From Perna viridis (taxonomy: Eukaryota), in NCBI GenBank assembly GCA_037379345.1, contig CM074521.1, positions 8,556,001-8,620,000 of the forward strand: a stretch of DNA of 64,000 bases, in the 5' to 3' direction. The position numbers were made by a program, and so were the translations under genes. Below, piece after piece: positions 1-13,712 of this stretch (position 1 is its first letter; the number at the start of each line of letters is the position of its first letter). The notes under the pieces are model-generated. The model had not been told where the DNA came from. It was given only the letters and a program-made list of their open reading frames with translations, and searched no databases.

Positions 1-3000
1 TACTCAATAACATATATTGTATTTTCGTGGTTATTTAATGAATTATGTTAATTTCTGTATTTAAAAAAAAAACTAAATATTTTACATTTTTTATAGAAAT
101 TAACTTTTACAGGAAGGACTGGGACTGCCCTTTGGATTTACCTATCCCCACCATAGAACATATTTGTGAAAAGAATTAACTAGCACTAGTCCATATAAAA
201 TTCAGACACTGCCAACGGTAAAGTAATTCTTGGTCAAGAAAAACCCACCAAACAAACGATGCTTTTCCAGTCTATATACAAATGTATGGTATACGATAAT
301 CATTTCTGCATTCAGATCTGCACTTATCTACAACTAAAATCGACCAAATGAAACCAATTCGAGAACGGTGCTGATTTCATGTACAATCTATATTTTTTTA
401 ATCTCAAAAGCGCAACAAACAAATGAACAACTAACACTGTTCATGTGATCAGTAACTGTTTCTGAACAAGAAATAAAACTAAATTCGTTGGGTTTTTGGC
501 ATGGATAAATCACCTCCAGTCCGATTTTTATAAAGACTGCTACTACGCAATATAATACAAAATTATGTTCATTTGAAAAACAGATACTTAAAATTAAAAC
601 AACCATAACATAACATCACAAATCAGCTTATTTTATTCCATTTATTTTATTTTCAAATGTAAACCGATATACACTGACACCTAACTTACGAACTTGTGTC
701 AAGGTTCAGGTTTTAAAATTCTGTTGTACATATTTAATGTATCTCAAATGATATGAAAATCGACAGATTTAACAGCAGGTTTTTGGAATATTAATGCGTT
801 TAAATAGCTGTATTTTGTATTTTTTTAGGTGAAGGTTTTCATCATTATTATGATATCACGTAAGTAACATTTACCATTCTTATAAACGAGAAAATATCAA
901 TTCAATATAACATTTATATGTCCTACATCTAGAATAGAACATTTTATTTCATTCGTTTCTATATTACAAGATCTACAGCAGTTCAGTTTCAAAATATCGG
1001 CAAAAATACCAAAGTGTCAGCTGTTGGATGATTACGTCATAATCCACAAACATGGCCTAAACATGAACATATGAAACTATGAGACTATCTATATACACAA
1101 TGTAGCGAGCTATAGTGTGGGGGGATCCATGATGTATCGAGGGTCGGAACTCCGCCTGTGGAAAGATATGTTAATTTCTCGTGCAAATTTTTGACAAAAG
1201 CCTAAACCTCCTTCTTATTCTTGAACCCATCAACAGCTTCCCTTTTCAAAACCTTTGGCAGCACCATTTTTAGGCTTATAATAGGAATCATGTGAGACAT
1301 TTTTGTTTCGTTCCGTTTTTGTTTTAAATGATCTATTGGCGTTATTAACTACACAGAGGCGGTTACAGGAGACATCGGAAGAAGACACTCCCTTTTTAGT
1401 TGGAAAATATTAATTATAAATTCGTGTAAAATTTTGGCAACAATAAGCACATAAAAGTTGGAACCCCGATGGACCCCCTCCTTTTTTCTAAATTTCTGGA
1501 ACAGCCAGGTCGTGTAATTTATACCTACAGGAATTGTATCAGATCGTTACTATATTACGGAATCTTCTACATTTAACGGTAAATTATTATTTTTATTCAG
1601 GCTAAATCGGCCGTTTGATTAAATTCTTAACATGTACTTTCGAATATAGTTACGCAATACATTCAATAAAATTTTCAAAGTTACCATTGATGCTCAAGAT
1701 CTATGTTTTTGCATATTCAAAATTCAGATAATGTATTTCAAAAAGTGCATACCTTAATCTAACTTTATAATGAAAAACTCATCATTGCCATACAAGTACA
1801 TGTACACGTATAAACCTGAAAACGTATAGAATTTCTCACAACAAACAGACTGCAATAAAAGAGGGGGCTTTAGTTAAAGTGGTCGGCGGTTGCAATTGAC
1901 CGGTTAATCAGTGTGGTGACAAGTGGTCGCAATTATAGAGTCGATCAGTTATCAAACTGAATATATATAGAAGAGAAAAGAATTAGTCTAAGAATTACCT
2001 TGTAACTTTGATGACTGGAATACCGCCGGAAGTACTAGGGTTAGGTAGGTTGCTCATTTGTCCTTTGACCACCATTGTCATAATCAACGAAAATTAACAA
2101 CTATAAATTTTAAAATACGTTCATCAGAAACTAAATTAAATGCACTTTTATCATAAATTGTCCTCAAAGCTCTCTTGCGTCTAATTTGGGTTCGAGGAAG
2201 AAATTGGTATACAGCGAAATCTATTAAATAGTCCTTGACCTTTATAAGGATTTAATTATTTGTCTTCGTCTTCATCTTAATTCAAGTATGTCGACTTAAA
2301 CAAAAGTCAATTCAGCCTCGTATCTTCACGTTTGATGCGAATAGTTCCTAATATCAGAAACATCTCCAGCAATATATATTATTGTATTACTATAAATCTG
2401 GATTGAAAATAAAAGTTAAATTCAAATACCGAATATCACAACTAATGTAATAAATACTTCGAGTCAATCTCCCATCAGCTAAGAACTAGAAAATAGCGAC
2501 TTTTCACTCTTACTTTATGTCTTATAGGAAAGAACCAATCACGGGGATATCTTTTTATACCAACCATATTTCAATAGAGCCATATAAAAATACATTCAAC
2601 GAGAAACCAACCCACTGTTCCACAAAATCATATTCCGCTATCGAATACAAATCATACAATGTACCTTTAATTGGCTTTCACGCAATTCTCTGCTTTTAAA
2701 ATTTCATCTTTTGTAAATCTTTTGTGCCTTGCTTACAAGTTTATTTACCTCCGCTAGTCTTTAAAAGTAAATAGCCCTAATCGGTTTAAATGACTGTTCG
2801 TTTTATGACTTTCCTTGTATTAGTTGGCTACTGAGAACGGCTTGCACTCTATGATGCCCTACTAATGTGTACATATTAACATCTATTTCATAGGTACAGC
2901 TAATTAGACAAATACTTTATGGAAATTCCTGGAGCCTTGGAGAAATATTTATAAGCCGTATCTCCATGGAGATTGTGTTCTGAGGAAACAATCTTGAACA

Positions 3001-3209
3001 TATTAGGATTCGGTGGCTGATCCAGGGTAGGACCCCTCTTTTACTGGAAAATTTTGTTTATTTTACGCATAAATCTCATGATATTCCCAGTGAATGAATC
3101 ATTCTTATAAATATATATATTTCAGTACAACTTTAACATATATATAAACAGCTTTCTTTTGGAAAGCAGCATGTATACAATCGTGTAACCTGTCCAGAGC
3201 CATGGCTTC

Positions 3210-3340
3210 GTTTTCAACATACAACGGTGTTCCGATCGGAACAAACTGTGACTCTCTACTGGTAGAATTGGTTCTTCATTCTTAAAAAGCAATGTTTTTA
3301 ATCAAAATCTTTTTTTAAAAGAATAGCCTTTGACCATTTC
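3210..3340 (+). mobile_element. Degraded reverse transcriptase fragment of a Penelope-like retroelement
   Basis: Allowing one frameshift it reads FQHT-GVPIGTNCDSLLVELVLHS*, resembling the GIPMGTNCAPLLADLFLYSYE motif. Same broad family as 30226..30600. Confidence 0.45.
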
Positions 3341-3910
3341 TATTTAGTTGACTTTATTGTCATCAACATGCCGAACGGTATGGCGTGTCTCTTTCCAACA
3401 AAAAAGTAATTAAGTTTTGAAATTTATCAAGTCCAATAAATTTGACGTGCTATTTGGACCCCGTTTCACATATAGAGGACCAGACGGGAAGGATTTCATT
3501 GGAGTTTCGTCAAAAGCAAAGAAAAAACGTCTATGCTATTACACTACCCGTGCATACAAAACCCATGCTGTAAATTTCTTTTGGTTTAATCCAAGTAGTT
3601 TCTTTCATTTTTCTTTCATGTTTTCTTTCTTTTCTTAAATGACAGTTTCTTTTTACTTATGAGGATTAACTATCTTTCTTCCTTTGAGCGTGGTTACTAT
3701 GTAGTATTATGATTCCCAAAGACGTTGTTCTCTTGCTTTTCAATAAATTATTAAGTACTTATCCGTCTATGAATCAGGCAAAATGTGTATAAAGTGTGGC
3801 ACATGAAGGAAAAAAAAAACAGATTTTATTGTATGAATCAAGCATTTATACCCTATAACCTCCAGAAATAACAATCAAAGTGTTTGTAAAATTTGCCTGT
3901 TTTAGTTATT

Positions 3911-3985
3911 GATTGGTCAAATTTAGTTTAAATGCACCATGGAAAAATGGCGGGACAATTTTCCCGCACTTGTTCCTTATATAAG
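3911..3985 (+). promoter_or_regulatory. Candidate Pol II promoter (CCAAT box, YY1/E2F-like motifs, TATA)
   Basis: ATTGG at 3912, AAAATGGCGGGA at ~3944, TTTCCCGC at 3960 and TATATAAG at 3978, clustered upstream of an acceptor (4640) and ATG (4648). Confidence 0.3.
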
Positions 3986-4668
3986 CAGTCCAAAATATCT
4001 ACTTCACAGATCCGTCAGGATAAATTTAAATAGCTTTTTTGTTGTTTTCTAAATGTATTGAGTATATTTGAGGCAAAAAAGACCAAATTGAGAAATATGA
4101 TGTGCCACCTATTGCCTGATTCTTACATAGAATTGTACTTGAATATTAATCACTCAACTGGTAATATGAATCCTGTTTTATGCGACCTTTTAGTTCATTT
4201 GACACTCTTAGGCTATTTTTTGTACTGCAAATTGACAAGTACATTCTTTTCAGATAGTAATACTTCTTTCAAAGTAAATGTTCGTGAGTATAATTGAAAA
4301 AACTATTAAAATCTCGTTAGAATGTCATTTATATTAGAAATCAGTGAACGTAATTAGGAAATCAAGAATGTCACTGACAATAGAGGGTATATTTGGGCTC
4401 CTTTGAGCAAACCCGATTTGAATGACCTGCGTATTACCAACATATCAAGTATGACATTCCCTGTCATATCTTTAATTTTAGTAATCTCCAGAAAAATCTA
4501 TAGTTATCAATCGGGTCATGACAGGAATCGACCTGATTCAAGTTAAAGTCAATCAGCTCGAACTTCGACCAAAGAAATTTCAATTTATTCATTAATCACG
4601 GGCGAAAAGAATGGGTGGTCGTAGTACAAAATTTTTGCAGTTTCAAGATGTCAACGGCTTCCGAGGAC

Positions 4669-5086
4669 GACTGGGTTCAGACGGTCTACGCGACAAACAT
4701 GTCCCGTCGTTCTGTCGTAATTACCGACATTATTTCAGAAGGTCCATGTGACCATGTCCCGTCGTTTTGCCGTAATTACCGATAGATTGGTTCAGAAGGT
4801 CCATGTGACCATGTCCCGTCGTTCTGTCGTAAAAATCGACTGATGGGTTAAGACGGTCCACGCGACAAACATGTCCCGTCGTTCTGTCGTAATTACCGAC
4901 AAATGGGTTCAGACGGTCCATCTTACCAATATATCCCGCCTTTCTTTCGTAATTACCGACAGATGGGTTCAGAAAGTCCATATTACTTACATATCCCATT
5001 GCTTCGTGGTGCTTTCCGATAGATGGGTTCAGACAGTCCATGTTATATACTTATCCCGTCGTTCTATCGTGATTACCGACAGAATG
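4669..5086. repeat. Minisatellite, about 7 units of 57-60 bp
   Basis: Unit tgggttcagacggtccacgcgacaaacatgtcccgtcgttctgtcgtaattaccgacaga. It explains ORFs 4730..5041(-) and 4871..5173(+). Confidence 0.9.
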
Positions 5087-5449
5087 GTAATTGCAACAAA
5101 CATATACATCACCCTGCATGAGTTAACATCAATACAGTTTTACAGTCACACCAAATACATAAAATTGAATTAGGAACATGAATGATTACATTCCATGTTT
5201 TACGACATTGGTTACATTCGGATGTCTATTGAAACGCGAGTGTATTAAGTTTAATGTTACCAACTGTAACTATGTTCCTTCAGAAGTTTGGTTCGACAAG
5301 TGATCCATGAAACAAACACCTGCGACTTGTATTGAGTACAGAAATTATGGCTAATTAGGGAAGTCCTAGAACTTTACTGGTAAAACCAAATTGCTATAGG
5401 TTTCATGTAGTAACAAGAGTTACGATCACAAAATAATGAAACCTATTAA

Positions 5450-5664
5450 GGAGGTAGACCTAGGGTAAGGAACATAACTCATGAAGTCAGTGATATGTTT
5501 GTATTATATTCAATTTCACCAAATCCTCTCAAGCTTTTGTTTGACGCAGAATAAAATGAATTCAAGTTAATTAGATGCTTACATATTAAAATTGATGTAA
5601 AATGCTGAATACAAACATTCCAATGATTTTTAAGAGTTGTGTCCTTTACCCTAGGTCTACCTCC
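5450..5664 (+). mobile_element. Kolobok-like MITE, copy 1
   Basis: TIRs GGAGGTAGACCTAGGGTAAGG...CCTTTACCCTAGGTCTACCTCC with TTAA on both sides. RR..YY termini plus a TTAA target fit Kolobok rather than piggyBac. Confidence 0.85.
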
Positions 5665-6495
5665 TTAAACCGAGCCCTTTCTAGACTGTAGAATTTGTTC
5701 TGCTTAGACAATAATTTATTGTTCGGTTTATTCAGTTTCAAAATAGATTTAACTTGACAATAACATTCAAAAGGTGTCTGGTTTAGACAGATTTTCACTT
5801 TATTTTGGGATTCGCTTGACAGGTTTTACTGTATCGACTAAATAGCTGTTTATAATTAATATTTTGTTAAACACCATTTAGAAACACGGGTTTTCCATAA
5901 AACCATAGAAAATACATATTTTTCTTAATAAAACACATACTCGTAACATTCGCAGTATTTTAGTTCCCGAACAAAGCACCATGACTTCACAGATTTGACA
6001 AAGTGTGCACAGACTTCAGTTACAATATAAAATCCGGTTTGTTTTCCTGTTCCTATACAGAAGAATGTATTTATATCAGATATTCCTATTTCGTTTATAT
6101 TCATTAGTATATTATTTGCACGGTCATTTGTTAAATTGAAATTGTTAATCTTTACCAAACGCTTTACACCTTTTGAAGGCAATTACATAAAAGACCAACG
6201 CATAGCGTCCCTTTCAAAATCTTGTATGAAAGTTATATATTGAGAAGAACATATAGAAATTGCTGTAAAGCATATCAATGATCGGTTCTCTCTAGTCGAG
6301 AAAAAAAACCAGTAAGTAAAACGATCTATGATGTTGAGTATATCAGTGGCCAAATAAGTCGTACATGCTGTAATATCTTTAACATACGTAACATATTAGT
6401 GTCAATAAAATGTCACACGATCTATCTCATACTGAGTCAAGTTTTGAAGTAAAAAAAAAAAACGAATTGAGTGTAACTATCTGTTTTATATATTA

Positions 6496-6700
6496 CTGTG
6501 AAAGTACTTTAATTCGTGGATACCAATTTTCGTGGATAAAGGAAGAAACACAAGTTCGTGGATTCTTGAATTCGTAGGTTGAAGGTTTTCAGCATTCACA
6601 TCAATGGAATTCTCCTTTTCGTTGGGAACCAAATTTCGTGGTTTGGTCTACCCACGAAAACCACGAAAATTGGTACCCCACAAAAATAGTACTTTCACAG
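6496..6700. mobile_element. MITE with TIRs and TA flanks
   Basis: ta|CTGTGAAAGTACT...AGTACTTTCACAG|ta, with internal TTCGTGG/CCACGAA inverted motifs. Confidence 0.8.
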
Positions 6701-9194
6701 TACCAAAACAGTCCACCATTTGTCACATATATATGACATTCTACTGTGTTGACTGTTTCCTGTTTGAAACAACGCGTGATATTGTAGCACGTTTCATGCA
6801 TGATTGCGGAACGTTCGCTATTTTAAAGTGTTTTACAGTTCTGCTACAGTCGGTGTTAACATCTACCCTTTATGCAAATACGTGCAGTACATCGGCGATT
6901 TACAAGACAGACTGAGAAAGCCGTGTTTATAAAAATTACACTGAAGGTAATTCGTACATATGTCAAAAACCACTTAGTCAACCTTATGTTTCACTATCGA
7001 GTTTAAAATATTACAGTGTATAGATTGCGTATGAAATTGGCACTTTGTAAGAGTTATTGTCCTTGATTTGGTGTGATTTGGTTCATTTTAGCGGGAGATG
7101 AATTCATGTTTTATTTTAAAACACAGATCTGAATACATAAAGGCCTATCGTTACATATGCGTCAAAATATAACATGTAGATAGACGGGGATGTTCGGTGG
7201 GGGGTTTTTACACGGTGATTCACTCGTACTGTGCTGCGTCTTATTTATATATGAATTTGGTACTTAAAGCAATAGACCGGGATAATTTAAGATACTTCAA
7301 CTTCTCGACGACTAATAGACTGTTATTGGATACGTACTTTAAATATTTTTATGTTATGCTTTTTAGTTTGGTTTATACCATCAAACCAGTGAAGCAAATA
7401 TCGAATATTCAAGTGTCAGTCTCCTTAAGAATTAGGCAGTGGGCGAAACATGGTATGAACACCACCATTTTGAAATTGTGATTTAACTATTTGCACCATC
7501 AGAATTCAAGTAAAAGACAAGATTTTCCATATCATTTTGGTAAATTGAGTTATAATTTCATTGAAATGCACTGAAAATGTACATTTCAAGAGCAGATTAT
7601 TTTGTCACAAATATATTCTATTTAAAAATTTCTGAGCACACCCAGTGACGTAAAGATCAGATAACGGTATTAACAAAATATAATAGAGATCATCCTGGAC
7701 TGAAATTATATTGTCAGATATGTGGGTTTTTGACATGCCTGTTTCTGATTTTTCCATTTTGCCTAATTCTTAAATGACTTTCATTTACATATTTTACAAA
7801 CTACAGCCACTGTCTTTATATAAAAAAAATATAAGGTGTCGAATTACATGTACATTTTGGCCTGTATTTATTAGCCACACCCATATAACTATTCGAGATT
7901 ACTACATGTATGAAGACGTGGAGTCCTTCCGCATTTGATGTGTCACAACTTCAAATTAACTCCATGGAACAATAGTGATACCATGGAACTATAATATTTA
8001 GATCCTATTTTGCCATGGCGATACATTTTAACCAAACAATTATCTAATGTCTAAGAAGAATTTTATCGCTTTTTCATAGCTGAATAAAACAAATATCAGG
8101 GTATTGTCGAAAATTACAGCTTGAATGTGAATTCGGCGCAGGTCGTTGAAAGTGCTCGGCAAAATATGACTGTATTGAGCCTCATACACATACATACTGT
8201 ATATTTCGACAATGCCATAATAATATATAATACACTCATATATATATAATGATAAAAGTTTCATATTACCGCATACTGGTATTGTACTGAAATTCTTTAT
8301 TTGCCACTTTTAGCAACAATATACTGAACTCAATATATTATAATTGGGTTCTAAATATATTTGTCAGACAATCAAGATCCTAGGCATTTACGACACAGAT
8401 TTGAATCGAAATAGCTTAAATATTTGTTTAAATAAATATTAATATCAAAATTTCAATATTCACCATAATTAGATCCTTTTGAGCTATTGTCGTCTAAAAT
8501 ATTATTGAAGGTTTTTGCATCTTGTTCAGTTGTCATCGAACTTAAATAAAATGCAGGGACATTTCATTTTTGGATTTTTACGCGCATGATTTCTATGACT
8601 TCTTTATGCCTGATAGACCTAAAATTACTGCACAGAAAATCAATGGAACGTTTTCCTATAAAGAAGAACAGATTTACAAACTATACTACAAATCCTGTTC
8701 TAATTAGAAGAAATAGCCGTGTTGTAGTATTTTCGTATGACTGTATGAAAGTAAGTGTAAAACGCATGCATGCTTATTAAGTTGTTTGCCTAGTTCATAA
8801 TTAACACATTTTCCCATTGTTTCTTCCCCTTGTCTTGATCTCCCTCCTCAAATTGAGGTCACAACACGAGCTTCGCATGTCTTCATAACCACGTGTTCAC
8901 CACATTGGACCAGGTATGTGCCACTAAGTAACATAACAGGAAGTTCAAACTTATGATTGTACATGCGTATGTTTCTAATGCAATAAACACACTGGTGTCG
9001 TCGGCTTGGCAGAATTAAACTACGCTGTATGTTAAACTTTGCCATTCTACGATTCTGCTATATGACATTAAACCCTAATCAATCTACCTATCATTTAACG
9101 GTTTTATCTACGTTTTTTATATTACAATAGTATATAGTTTCCACGTTGGACATGGTACGCAAAGAAAATTCAGAAGATTTATTTTCCATTTAAA

Positions 9195-9320
9195 ACTTTG
9201 TATGTATGATTTTAGTTACTCAATGTTCTTTGTTGTGTATATCTGTTTTCCATGTCTGTTCTTTGTCCCTGGATTACATTTTTTATTACCGCTATAACTT
9301 TAGTTCCCTTGATTATTCTT
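9195..9320 (+). mobile_element. 3' tail fragment of the retroelement family at 30226..30600
   Basis: actttgtatgtatgattttagttact...ctttgttgtgtat.tctgttt matches 30539..30595. Confidence 0.65.
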
Positions 9321-9461
9321 TAACTTTCAAGACGCAAACTGCATTAGCTTTGGCAATACTAATAGATCAAAGGGAAATATCACCAAACAGCCTCAAAAAG
9401 CGAGTCTCATGCGAATTCCGTAAAAATTGGCTTTGTTGGAGGTTTATAATGTTGTCCCTTC

Positions 9462-9611
9462 CAGTGGCGGATCCAAGAGGAGCAGGGGTTGGCACCCTCT
9501 TTTTTATGATAAATTTGTATGTGTAAAATTGACAAAAAGGCAAAATATGTCCTAGCAACCTTTTTCCGAGGAACTCCGGCTTGCACCCCTCCTTTGTCTA
9601 GATCCGCCCAG
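9462..9611. mobile_element. Short MITE with GGCGGATCC...GATCCGCC termini
   Basis: CAGTGGCGGATCCAAG...CTAGATCCGCCCAG. Related copies lie at about 1356-1510, 20249-20382 and 28413-28562. Confidence 0.6.
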
Positions 9612-10404
9612 GGCTGCATTCTTCCGTTCGTCCTAGAAACTTGCAAAAATATGCCATTGTGCTTCCTTTCTCTTTACATTTCCATCTAATTGACTTCCAC
9701 ACATTGGTATACAAAGAATGACCAAAAGAGGAAAGTGTCGCCTGGTTTTCATTTGAAATAGATTTTTATAAAATTTATCTCAGAAAGCAGTGTAGTTCAT
9801 TAATCAAGAAAATCCTTTTGGATTTGTACTCTCGACACAAGTGAAGGTGATGCATATTTTTCACATTTTTCTGTTCAAAGGAAAATTTAGGACCATGTTA
9901 GGAATCTTATTTTCAAAATCCCATTATCCAGATCCCACCATCGGTCTCTGTATGCAAAGATTGAGTCAGGTGTATCACTTACAGTATCAGTTTTGCCCAC
10001 AGTACTGTAGACTGTATATTTTGTTGTACTTTATATGACTATATGTACTTAACCGTTGTTTTTTTTTACCTTTTTTGCAACTGTTGTCTTACAAAACATT
10101 GTGCTGTTGATTCTTACAGAGTAGAGAATCCAAGAATCATGCGTTCAAATGCCCCCTTTGGGTATACTCAATTGTCCTTAAGATTGACTCTAAAATCTTG
10201 GAAAATTCTCTTTCCTTAGAAAGCAACCTTGAACTACGGTATTACTTCCTAACCATCACCACCGACCCACCCTTTCCTTTGAGTATAACAACCTACACTT
10301 GTCTACAGTACATTGGTATCTCATGTAAATATCAGCAAACCAAACAAAAAGAGGCACTGCTCTTATTCGTGTACACATATTAGGATAGTCTCTGACAAAC
10401 TACA

Positions 10405-10495
10405 TTTTGTACCTCCCGTCTGCAGTTCTTTTCTCAAAATTGTCTCCAGTTTTGTACCTCCCGTACGCAGTTCTTTTCTCAATATTTTCTCCAGT
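10405..10495. repeat. Two-copy tandem duplication, about 45 bp
   Basis: ttttgtacctcccgt.cgcagttcttttctcaa.att.tctccagt twice. Confidence 0.8.
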
Positions 10496-11654
10496 CCATT
10501 TTTAGGTACAGTGGTTTTCAATACTCGACTAGACTAAATTTTTAACACTGAATTGAGATTGAATAACAGAAACTTTAAGCAGAAACCGATTGTCCACTTG
10601 TGTCTGTAATCATTACAGCGCCCTCTTACGATTGCCATGTTCAAGAGTAAGCCAGAAAATACCAATCTTATATATATATATATATGATATTGCAAATAAA
10701 GGTTTTGTTTCGTATTCAACAAACACCCCGTACATTCAGGTTTTATGGAATTTAGTTTTGATCCTCGGCCGAACTAACAAGAGCATTATTGTGCAGCGCG
10801 CTTGCAAAACTGTCCATACTTTACCTTTTCTAACAATATGCCATAATGTTTTAGTTTTTGACGAGTTCAAGTTCTTGGTAAAAATAACTCTTGTGCTAAG
10901 AAAGACAACCGTCGTTATTTTTTTTCTCTATAGGTCTCAGTGTCGTATTAATTTCGCATAGACTTCTATAGTGATGTGCATTTTTTAGGATTTAAAAAAA
11001 ATGTGTAAATTGATTCAATAAAACTTTCACTTATGTAGCATTTCCGAGGACATGTGAAAAAATAATTTCCCGATAAGAAGATAGGGTGAGTCTACGAAGA
11101 TTGGACAGAAAAGTAGTGTTGAACTATAAATTGCCATTTTCTCTACTGTCACTTTCGTTTTGCACTCATCAAACCAACCTTTTCAGTGGAACATTTTTAT
11201 GGTATTATGTTAGATTTTCTTTTAAAAAAGTTTGTCATCTTATAGTGTGTGATGTTCGCTCTATTCTATAAGTCATTGCTCATATCTTTTGACAAAACAT
11301 TAGTTTGTAGAGGCAAAAAGAAAATGCACTATATTTTTATAGCATCCATGTTTTGACGTACACCCGCTAAGGGATATGCAATGCGATACTGGTACCTATA
11401 TGAACACACAGATGTAATAAGGTGTTTTACATCACACACCAACTGTATAAAACTTTGTTGATACACTCAGACAGTATCCTCTCTGGTCAGGATTTTGAGT
11501 CTGCCTTCGCTCCCGACTCTAAACCCTGAGGATGATCGGCCGATACTGGTGCAGCCTGGTTATAATCAAGTTTGTTCGTTAAAGTAGAAAGAGAATTGTT
11601 TTTATGGTAAGAAGGAAGAATGTTTACTTGTTAACATTTCCAATATATAAAAAA

Positions 11655-11812
11655 GTACAATTATAGCGTAAATCAAAAGAATGTAATCAAGGGAAGACAG
11701 GTAATTAAAAACAGACACAAACAATAAAGAACATAAAATAACCAAAATAATACGCACAAAGCAAAAAAGTGGAATGAGCAACTCGGACTCCACTAAAAAC
11801 TGAGAGCATGAG
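11655..11812 (-). mobile_element. 3' tail fragment of the same retroelement family
   Basis: Reverse complement catgctctcagtttttagtggagtccgagttgctcat...gttctttattgtttgtgtctgttttt...gattacattcttttgattt matches 30519 onward and 9195 onward. Confidence 0.6.
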
Positions 11813-12099
11813 AAACTGAAATCTAACGCGGTACAAAAAGTTTGTATAGTTACGACAAACTCTGGCTTAACGTTTCAGTTGTGATATGGAAACTCTGTGC
11901 GCAGGTGCCGAAGGAAGGGATGTTGCAACAGCTAGATGAAAGAAAAGTTGACGATACGGAATGATAAGTCACCGAGTTTGTCGTATGCATGTACTTTGGT
12001 CAATAGTTTTCCTTTACCATCGTTCTCCAAGTACTGTAGGTCTAGATATGAGGCAGACATCACATTGTAGTATCCTTTATTTCAAGTTCTTTGTCTTGA

Positions 12100-12309
12100 G
12101 GAGGTAGACCTAGAGTAAGGGACATAGCTCTTTAAATTAGTGATATGTTTGTATTATATTCAATCGCACCAAAGCCTGCCAAGCTTTCATTTGAAATAGA
12201 ATGAAATCAGTCCAAGTTACTTTGATGCTTACATGAGAATGATATAAAATGCTGAATACAAACGTTCTAATGATTTGTAGGAGTTGTGTCCCTCACCCTA
12301 GGTCTACCT
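12100..12309 (+). mobile_element. Kolobok-like MITE, copy 2
   Basis: Same TIRs and internal sequence as 5450..5664. Confidence 0.85.
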
Positions 12310-13228
12310 AATTATGTAAGTTCAAAACCATATCAACAAGAGAAAATAGCTTTTTTCATCAAATATCATGTGTTAGATTAATGATTGATTGATTGATTGT
12401 AAAATGTTGATCCATTGCATTTCCATGCATGAATATACATAGCATTGACAGCATGCCTGTTCGGTTTTGTTCGTATAGATCTCAACGAAATATGCGCATA
12501 CAATGTTCTTATGCGATTGGTCCATTTAAGTTTTAGTCTGCACCGCGAGTCTGTCTAAATTACACGTTTCTAGGCTTATATACATTTATGTTTCTTTATA
12601 GTTGAGGTCTATTTTTTATTAATTGTGTCAGCGGTCTTTTGGTTTATGCTGTAGGCATTTTCGTTCAATTCCTGAACTTTATTAATGATCATGTAATGTA
12701 GAGAGAACATGTGATTTTTTGTAGAAAGGACATGGACATAGAGGAATTGAAGTTGAAAAAGAACGCTGGAAAAAATGGCTAATTAAAATCTTGAATTTTT
12801 GTGAAAAGTGCTGAAAATAACCCATTTGAATTTTTCCCGACCACTTCCAGGACTTGACGCAGTCGGTATAGTTTCGCTTTTCCCCCTTTGACCTTAAGAA
12901 AGCTCTTCTTTGGAAACGCAAGTCACCTGATCACAATTCTTTTCCTCGATTGGCCAAATACTGATAACTTATGGCATTCGAAAAAAAATGTATCGAAAAT
13001 TTGAAATTGCGTGCCATGTGTTATTTTTTTTTGAAAGAAAATGTAAAAATTTTAAAGATAGTACTTGTTGTTGTTCATATTGTATCTACAACCGCTAAGT
13101 TTGTTGATTAACCTCATCCTTAATCGTTCAACAATAAAAAAAAAAAGAGGCAACTAAGTAATGTTTTTTCTTGTACTGTAAAAAATTCAATGGTTTCACA
13201 TATAAATAATTTCATATGATCATTTCAG

Positions 13229-13712
13229 CTTCATGTCGAATAAGGCTATTGCCTTTAAGGGGACAATAACTGATGAATTTGTTATTGGAGAAGATAAGAG
13301 TGATGATGATGATTATGACGAGGATGAGGTTGAAGATGAGGAGAAGGAGGAGGACAGTGTTTCCCAGGTTGTTGCTGTAGGGAGCAATATAATAACATCA
13401 TGCGGAAATGTAATTTATTGGCTTGAGTCAGACGGGACGGAAATCCGGAATTGTACCATTCCAGATATTGACGAAATCCAAGGCATTGCTGTGGATACAT
13501 ACGGAAACGTCTATGTCTCCGGATATAGTACAGATAATATCTTCGTGGTGTCACAGGATGCAATAGAATACAGGTTTTTATTAGATAGAAGTGATGGCCT
13601 TGATAACCCCACTGCCATGGTTTATGACAAGAAACATATATTGATTGCTGTCTTTGCCAGCAAATCAAACGCAAGGGCGGTTGTATACAACGTGGTGAGA
13701 GACAAAAAATGA
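13229..13712 (+). CDS. Terminal exon encoding an acidic tract and NHL/beta-propeller repeats (TRIM-NHL-like C-terminus); upstream exons not identified
   Basis: Acceptor catttcag at 13221-13228. Encodes QGIAVDTYGNVYVSGYSTDNIFVVSQD...LLDRSDGLDNPTAMVYD, typical of NHL blades. Stop at 13712; AATAAA at 14066. Confidence 0.65.

Noticed and set aside
113-606. Possible exon at 113 (+) and Cys-containing ORF 388..606 (-)
   Set aside because: All frames close quickly and no family motif is recognisable.
690-2100. Minus-strand exon candidates (2100-1999 MTMVVKGQMSNLPNPSTSGGIPVIKVT; about 807-690)
   Set aside because: Splice signals are plausible, but the joined frame hits a stop and there is no homology support.
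4730-5041. Minus-strand 103-aa repeat ORF
   Set aside because: Explained by the 57-60 bp repeat; no recognisable domain or splice context on that strand.
13282-13674. 130-aa antisense ORF with His/Pro tract
   Set aside because: Shadow of the acidic GAT/GAG-rich NHL exon on the opposite strand.
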